Assembly: GCF_004010195.1 (NCBI RefSeq)
Contig: NC_057719.1
Location: forward strand, 47,332,716-47,374,013
DNA: 41,298 bases
Direction of reading: 5' to 3'
Source of the DNA: Chiloscyllium plagiosum
Taxonomy: Eukaryota
The notes under the pieces are model-generated. The model did no database searches and was not told the DNA's origin. It saw only the letters and a list, made by a program, of their open reading frames with translations. Made by a program: the position numbers and the translations under genes. Positions 34,867 to 41,298 of this stretch are shown in pieces. Position 1 is the first letter of the stretch. Each line of letters starts with the position of its first letter.

Positions 34867-35278
34867 AGAGAGTCAGTCAAGCTGGTAGGCCTTTGGCCTT
34901 GGGAAGTAGAGAGAAAGGAGGGATTAGAAAAGGCCTGAATGAGAAGAGTAAAAATTCAGGCCCATCTGGGGCAAATCAGAAGTCATTTCGAGGAGATAAC
35001 ACAAGTTGGTTAAACAGGAGTCTTGATTATGAGAGGTGGATAATGCAGATGACCTGGAAAGATATTTGCCTTCTAGCAGTCCTCCCCACCCTTTAGTCAA
35101 CAGATTCATAAAATGGTTAGTGTAAAAGGATGCCATTCAGTCTACCATATCAATGCTGGCTTTCCAAAGTACCAATTTACTCATAGTAAGTTCGACTCTA
35201 GCCTTTTCCCTGTAACCTTGCATATTCCTTCATTTTTCAATAATTCAGTACTCTCTTATCTGCCTCAATAAAACCTGC

Positions 35279-35408
35279 TAGGCAAAAGTGAGGACTACAG
35301 ATGCTGGAGATCAGAGTTGAGAGTGTGGTGCTGGAAAAGCACAGCAGGTTAGGCAGCATCAGAGTAGCAGGAAAATTGACATTTTGGGCAAAAGCTCTTC
35401 ATCAGGAA
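35279..35408 (-). mobile_element. Penelope-derived short element with decayed hammerhead
   Basis: Minus strand CTGATGA-A-GAGC-tttt-GCCC-AAAA-TG-TC. 14-bp TSD TCAATAAAAYCTGC (35265-35278 / 35409-35422). Confidence 0.7.
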
Positions 35409-35800
35409 TCAATAAAATCTGCCTCCAGCACACTCAGGCAGTGCCTTCCAATTCTAACCATTCCAAAAATGAAAATATTTTTCTTCATGTCTCCAATGCT
35501 TTTGCCAATTGTACCATCCTGTTCCCATTGATGGAAGGATCAAGAATATTTTTCCCACCTACTCTCTTCAGACCCTTCATGATTTTATATACTTCCACTG
35601 AAATTCCCCACAAGCTTCTCCGAGAGAGGGTCCCAATCCCATGAGTCTATCTATAAAATGAAGTTCCTCATCCCTGGAACCATTCTCATTAATCTTTTCA
35701 ACACTCTGTTTAGTTTTTTCACAGGTGTAGTACCCAAAATTGGATGCAGTACTCTTATTGAGGCCAAACTAGTATTCCATACAAATTTAACATAACCTCT

Positions 35801-35938
35801 TAAAACAAAAAGAACTGCAATGCTGGGAAACTGCTCCATTCTGAGGAAAGGTCACTGGTCCTGAAATGTTAACTCTGATTTCTCTTCACAGATGCTTCCA
35901 AACCTGCTGAACTTTTCCAGCAATTTCTGTTTTTGTTT
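35801..35938 (+). mobile_element. Penelope-derived short element with hammerhead-like core
   Basis: CTGAGGA-A-AGG...CCT-GAAA-TG-TT at 35841-35870; flanked by an ATAACCTC direct repeat. Confidence 0.55.
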
Positions 35939-38679
35939 GATATAACCTCCTTTATGTTGTACTCTTATGTTCTTTTTTAATGAAATTAAATGCTTTATTA
36001 ACCATTCCTTCAATCTACCCTGCTATTTTCAATAACATATCTACATATACACTCAGGTCCCTCTGTTTCAGTTCTCCTTTGTAATTGTACCCTTTAGTTT
36101 AGATTGTCTCTCCTCATTCTTACTAATAAAATGAATCGCTTCCCATTTCATTGCATTATGATTCATTTGCCATTGCCTGCCCATTCAACCAACTATCTGT
36201 GCAGACAGTGGTTCTAAACTATCCTTCTTACTATTGATAATGCTTTCAAAATTTATCATCTGTAAAGTTTGAAATTGTGCTCTATTCACAGATGTCCAGA
36301 TCATTAATATACCAGAAAGAGCAATGGCCCTAACACCTCCCTGGAGAACTTCATTGTACATCTTTCTCCAGTCCAAGAAAATTTGACTGACTATGGCTGT
36401 TTTTTCTTTTCTCAGCCAATTTTGTATCTATATCACCGTGATCCCTTTTATTTCATAAGTCATAATTTCACTCCCATTGTAAAATCACATAATGTTTATG
36501 AATTCATATACACTGTCAACATCAACCCTCTCTGTTGCCTTATCAATAAACTCCAGAAATTTAGTTGAATGTAGCTTGCCTATAACAAATTTATCTCATT
36601 AATTAACCTGCATTAACCCTACGGACTAATTTCTGTGAAATAATAATTTGTAAAAGCTTCCCCACCATGAAGGTTAAACTGCTTGTCCTGTAGTTTCTGG
36701 ATTTATCTTCATATCATTTTTACAAGGGTTGTAATTTTTCCGACCTCTGGCACCACCCCAAGTTTAAGGAAGACAGGAAAATTATGCCCAGTACCTCTGT
36801 CATCTCCACTTGCACTTCCCTCATGCATCCTTCAATGTATTGCATTTGGTCCTGGTAGCTAGTCAACTGTAAATGCAGTTAGCCTATCCAGTGTCTTTAG
36901 AAATTTAAAACCCTTCAAGTGCATGAATTATTATCTCCTTTACCATGATTTATGTAGCATCATCTTCCTTGGTAAACTTAGATGCAAAGTATTTAATACC
37001 TCAGCTATGCTCCCTGCCTCCCAACCCACCTCTACTTTTATCAACCTTTTTAATATTTATATCCCTGTCAAAAGGTTTTGGATTTCCTTTTGTGTTAGCT
37101 GATAGTCTTTTTTTAATAAAGTAAAGAACTGTAGATGCTGGAGATCTGAAACAACTGAAATTGCTGGAAAAGTTCAGCAGTTCTGGCAGCATCTGTGAAG
37201 AGAAAGCAGGGTTAACATTTTGACTCTTCATCAGAAGTTTTTTTCCATGATCTTTTATTTTTCGTCAAGTTCATATATTTTAACCCAATACATGGCGTAT
37301 TAGCCACCGGATATATATATCATAAACATACTTTTTTTTTCATCATCTCTACTTTTTCATCATCCAGGGAGCTTTGGATTTGTTTTCTCGATCTTTCCCC
37401 TTGAAAATAAACCATGCCTGTGTCCAAATCATCTCTAGTCAACTTGTATTCCATTCCTACCTTTCTTTGAACCAGGTCTCTGATATAACCAGGACATCAT
37501 ATTTCCACGTGGCAATCCTTGCCTGCATTCTTATCAATCTTATTTACTGCCTTTCATGTTCTCATATACATGCATAGTAACCCTAATGTGGACTTGATTA
37601 CTTTTTCCCTTAATCTAAACCGCCTGATATCTATTTCCTAATGCTATTTATCATCTCCAAGAGTTCTGTGCATCTTGATATTTCTCTCTGATGTTAGCTG
37701 CTATCAATCCTCCTCAAGAGCACTAACAAGTTGACCCACAAGCAAATCTGTTTAGGTGCAACTTGTCTGTATGAGTTATGTTGGCCCCAGATCTGCTCTC
37801 AATGTTCCAGAAATCTCAAGTCCTAGCTCTTATCCAGTCTCTCCAACTATTGACAGATCTGTATTATCCTCCAATTCACTTGTGCACAAAACTAGTAATA
37901 ATTCTGTAGATTACCACTTGCATGTGTATATATGAATTAGGAACAGGTGTAGGCAATTCTGTCATCAAGCCTACTGTGCCTTTTGGTAAGATTATAGCTA
38001 ATGTGCTCATGACCTCAAGCCTACTTTCCCTTGTATCTCATACCCTTTGACTTCCTGTTAGTCAAGTATAAGCACCTCTGTCTTGCTAATATTCAGTGAC
38101 TCTGCCTCCACTACTCTCCGTAAAAGAGAATTAAACAAACTACTTAGCGAGAACATTTCTCCTCCTTTCTGTCTCAAATGGGAGACTCCTCATTTTTAAA
38201 CTGTTCCTTGACTCTAATCTCTCGCATAAGGAAATGCCACCTTCCACCATCCACCTTTTCAAGTCCCTTGGACCTTGTGCGTTTCAATAGATCACCTCCT
38301 CTAAAATCCAATAGATAGGGTCCAACCTTCCTTCACAAGATAACCCCTTAACCCCAGGAGTAAATCAAGTGAACATTCTCTGAAATGTTCTGGTCTGAGT
38401 CGATTCTGATAATGGGTCACTCAACCTGAAAAAATAACCCTGTTTTCTCTCTGCACAGGTGCTGCTTAACCTGCTGAATTTTTCAAATAAATTTTTCATT
38501 TAAAATTTCCAGTATCTCAATCTTTGTTCTTAGCGCCTTAAGTTTTGATTACTGCACTATATTTACTGTCCAACCTTTCAGGCTGTTATTGGTCCCAATG
38601 TGGATCACTACCCCTTGCTGTTTACCAGCTCAGTTCCTCTGCAACCACTGAATAATATACTTGATTCTGATACCAGAAA

Positions 38680-38890
38680 CGAAGCTGAAAATGTGTTGCT
38701 GGAAAAGCGCAGCAGGTCAGGCAGCATCCAAGGAGCAGGAGAATCGACGTTTCGGGCATGAGCCCTTCCTGAAGAAGGGCTCATGTCCAAAACGTCGATT
38801 CTCCTGCTCCTTGGATGCTGCCTGACCTGCGCTTTTCCAGCAACACATTTTCAGCTCTGATCTCCAGCATCTGCAGTCCTCACTTTCTCC
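38680..38890. mobile_element. Palindromic Penelope-derived short element
   Basis: Inverted arms 38683-38768 / 38774-38856. TSD TCTGATACCAGAAA (38666-38679 / 38891-38904). Confidence 0.8.
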
Positions 38891-41117
38891 TCTGATACCA
38901 GAAAAGCAATATACTATCCTGGAGTCATTTGCTGAAAACTCATGGCAGCGAGGCTGATCTGGACATTTTCTTTTCCTTTTGTTTCTGTTTCTTTTTAAAT
39001 TTCCGCTCTTGTTTTTAATTCTAACTATTGTACTCTAAGATGGTGCTGTACTCCTGTACCCAGGTACATGTGACGATAAAATTAATCAATCAAACATGTT
39101 TAAATTGAGCACGTTGCCGAAATAAGAGGCATACTGCCTCATTTATAATATTAGTATTGTTGACCCACTTTTGTTAAAACCAGGTAACGGATTTTTAACA
39201 TTTTCACATCCCCAAACTGAAAGTTTTCAGGAGTTAAAACTCCTCCAGTATTTATTGAGAGTCTGGAGTGCTGTAAATCTTTTGAAGTAGGCCCTGTGCC
39301 CAGAAAATAAATATGATGCTGTACAGTATGTATATAAGCTTTTTAAAATGAATTTATATATTGTGAACCATGGTAATGATAATGTGAATTATTACCATTT
39401 TTTAGCCAATGATGATGGCTGAGAATGTGGGTTCTTTGAACTTGTAATATAGGTCAATGTTCTAATAGAATAATAAACATATGGTGCATGTCTCGTTTAT
39501 GTTAAGCTATGAATTACTTGTACAATGCTGAAAATATAACATCAGGTTTTCCAGGTAGTCTCATGGAAATAAAAGTGAACACTAAGTTTGCTTTTTCCTT
39601 TGACTTCCAAACTACTCGAATATCTCCTTTCCTAAAATACACATCTTCATTAATCACTTTCAAATTTTGGCTCTTTTAATGTTTAGCAGTGATTCAGTAC
39701 TGTTTTAACATAATGATTCTTGAGGGTGTCAACATTCAAAACTAAAAAGTGTAATTTTATTTGATTGTTTACAATAGGGCAAGTATACAGAGGTCATTTT
39801 GCCTTACGTTTCCATGAAATGTCGAGGTTTTGTTATGTAAATGCTTTTTTTTTAAAAATACAATTCCAACTATTGTGTTGCTTTTTAAGTAGGAGCCTTG
39901 AATGAAAACAGATCAAAAGTTATTAACCATCCAAACTACTCAATGCAATCAATTAACAGCTGTAGTTCTACACGTGTTACAGGGTTTTCTTTTCAGTCTA
40001 TTTAGGAACAGTCGATTATCTGGTCATTACAGAACAATTGCTGAATATTCCACAAAATGTCAAAATAAATAAGATTGCTATTTCACGCTAAATAGACATA
40101 ATTATGACATTCGTTATTTGAAGAAGCAAAAACAAATGGAGAATGTTATAATTAATTAATCTAGTAAGCAACACATGTGAATGTTAATTTTTTAAAAGAA
40201 AATCCCATTTAAATCTATCAGAGATTTCTAGTTCTGCTTATTTCCAGCACAAAGATATACTGGATTTTTATGAAGTTTATGCTCAGCATTATGAAAAGGA
40301 TAGTCTGGCTTTAATCAAGTCTCATGTGTTTAGAAATCTATGTTGCCCATCAAGTAACTTTTATACAGGGGACTTGTCATGCTACCTTAAAGAAATTGAA
40401 ATCTACCTTTTATGTGCAGAGTACAGAGTCTGGAGGAGGAGCCTTTTCCAGCAGTGTGACTGCTTGTGTGTAAAATATAAATCACTTTTTGTACTGATGG
40501 GCTGCAAATACGAGTGGGGATAGCTTAGTCCTCTGTCAATCTGAGCATAGGTATTTGTCTGTAGCTACTGCTCTTCTTAACAATTAGTTTGAAGGATCTA
40601 TATTGATACCTGTTTTGGAGATAAAGGGAATTGGGGCATAAAGACTCATTCAGCATATATGCCAAATTGGAAGTTATGCCAGCGTTGGTATGGCATGTCA
40701 ATTTCGGGCTAACATGCCTGAAGCACCTCAGAAGTACTGTTTTTTATAATAGCCCTTTTCATATTGGCAAGCTGAGGCCTTAATTTCCATGCCTATATGG
40801 CACCTTTTCCCTTTTAAATTGGCAAAAGAAGCTCTGCTACAGGTTTCAACAACAAGAGACCGAATAGTTGGCAGCTTGGTCCAACAAAATCCCCAGCCTT
40901 TCCAAAATAAGGGCAGGTCCTAAAATTCATATGAAGCGGCTGAAGTTGAATCATGGTCCATTTCCCAAACGCTATCTCACAATTTTCAGAGATGAATCTC
41001 GTTGTGAAAAGACAACTGTCCCCTATATGTCAGTAGCATAAAACGAGTATTTGTAATCTTTAAGGTTGACAAAGCAATGAGCACATGATGTTTTCATAAG
41101 ACTAGTAATCTAGACAT

Positions 41118-41298
41118 GAGCTGAAAATGTGTTGCTGGAAAAGCGCAGCAGGTCAGGCAGCATCCAAGGAGCAGGAGAATCGACGTTTCGGGCATGAGCC
41201 CTTCTTCGGGAATGAGGAAAGTGTGTCCAGCAGGCTAAGATAAAAGGTAGGGAGGAGGGACTTGGGGGAGGGGTGTTGGAAATGTGATAGGTGGAAGG
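41118..41298 (-). mobile_element. Penelope-like element terminus (runs off the window)
   Basis: Same family as 3253 and 38680. Minus strand ATTC-CCGAAGA-A-GGGC-tcat-GCCC-GAAA-CG-TC-GATTC at 41177-41213. Confidence 0.7.

Larger units (their letters stand above)
35080..37700 (-). mobile_element. Very old CR1-like LINE remnants
   Basis: Scattered degenerate motifs (LMRMVPGM, YxPFNL-like, KPFDRDINIKK) in LINE order. Confidence 0.5.

Noticed and set aside
39100..41100. TE-poor AT-rich stretch; looked for exons of a neighbouring gene
   Set aside because: No recognisable coding exon or structured RNA; the short ORF at 40326-40523 has no identifiable motif.

Overview
Eukaryotic, repeat-rich vertebrate DNA, almost certainly from a shark (HE1-type tRNA SINEs, CR1/HER1-like LINEs and Penelope-derived elements; the species is my inference). 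The window holds one complete protein-coding gene, CGRRF1, on the + strand: 6 coding exons from 1872 to 34031, about 357 aa, with an N-terminal transmembrane segment and a C-terminal C3HC4 RING. Its intron 3 has U12 (minor spliceosome) signatures. The most unusual structure is in intron 2 (8106-11038): a small non-autonomous LTR retroelement in a tandem LTR-int-LTR-int-LTR array. Its two units carry different tRNA-Ser primer binding sites. Its PPT/LTR junction is amplified as an 80-bp hairpin-forming tandem repeat (8 + 4 copies). It sits inside a four-level TE nest (L2 > CR1 > CR1 > LTR array). Several short Penelope-derived insertions, many TSD-flanked and some palindromic, carry minimal hammerhead-ribozyme cores. 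Intron 5 has a near-perfect 177-bp fold-back. No CRISPR, rRNA or genuine tRNA genes were found. TE boundaries are approximate; family calls and reference sequences are from motif recall, not database searches.
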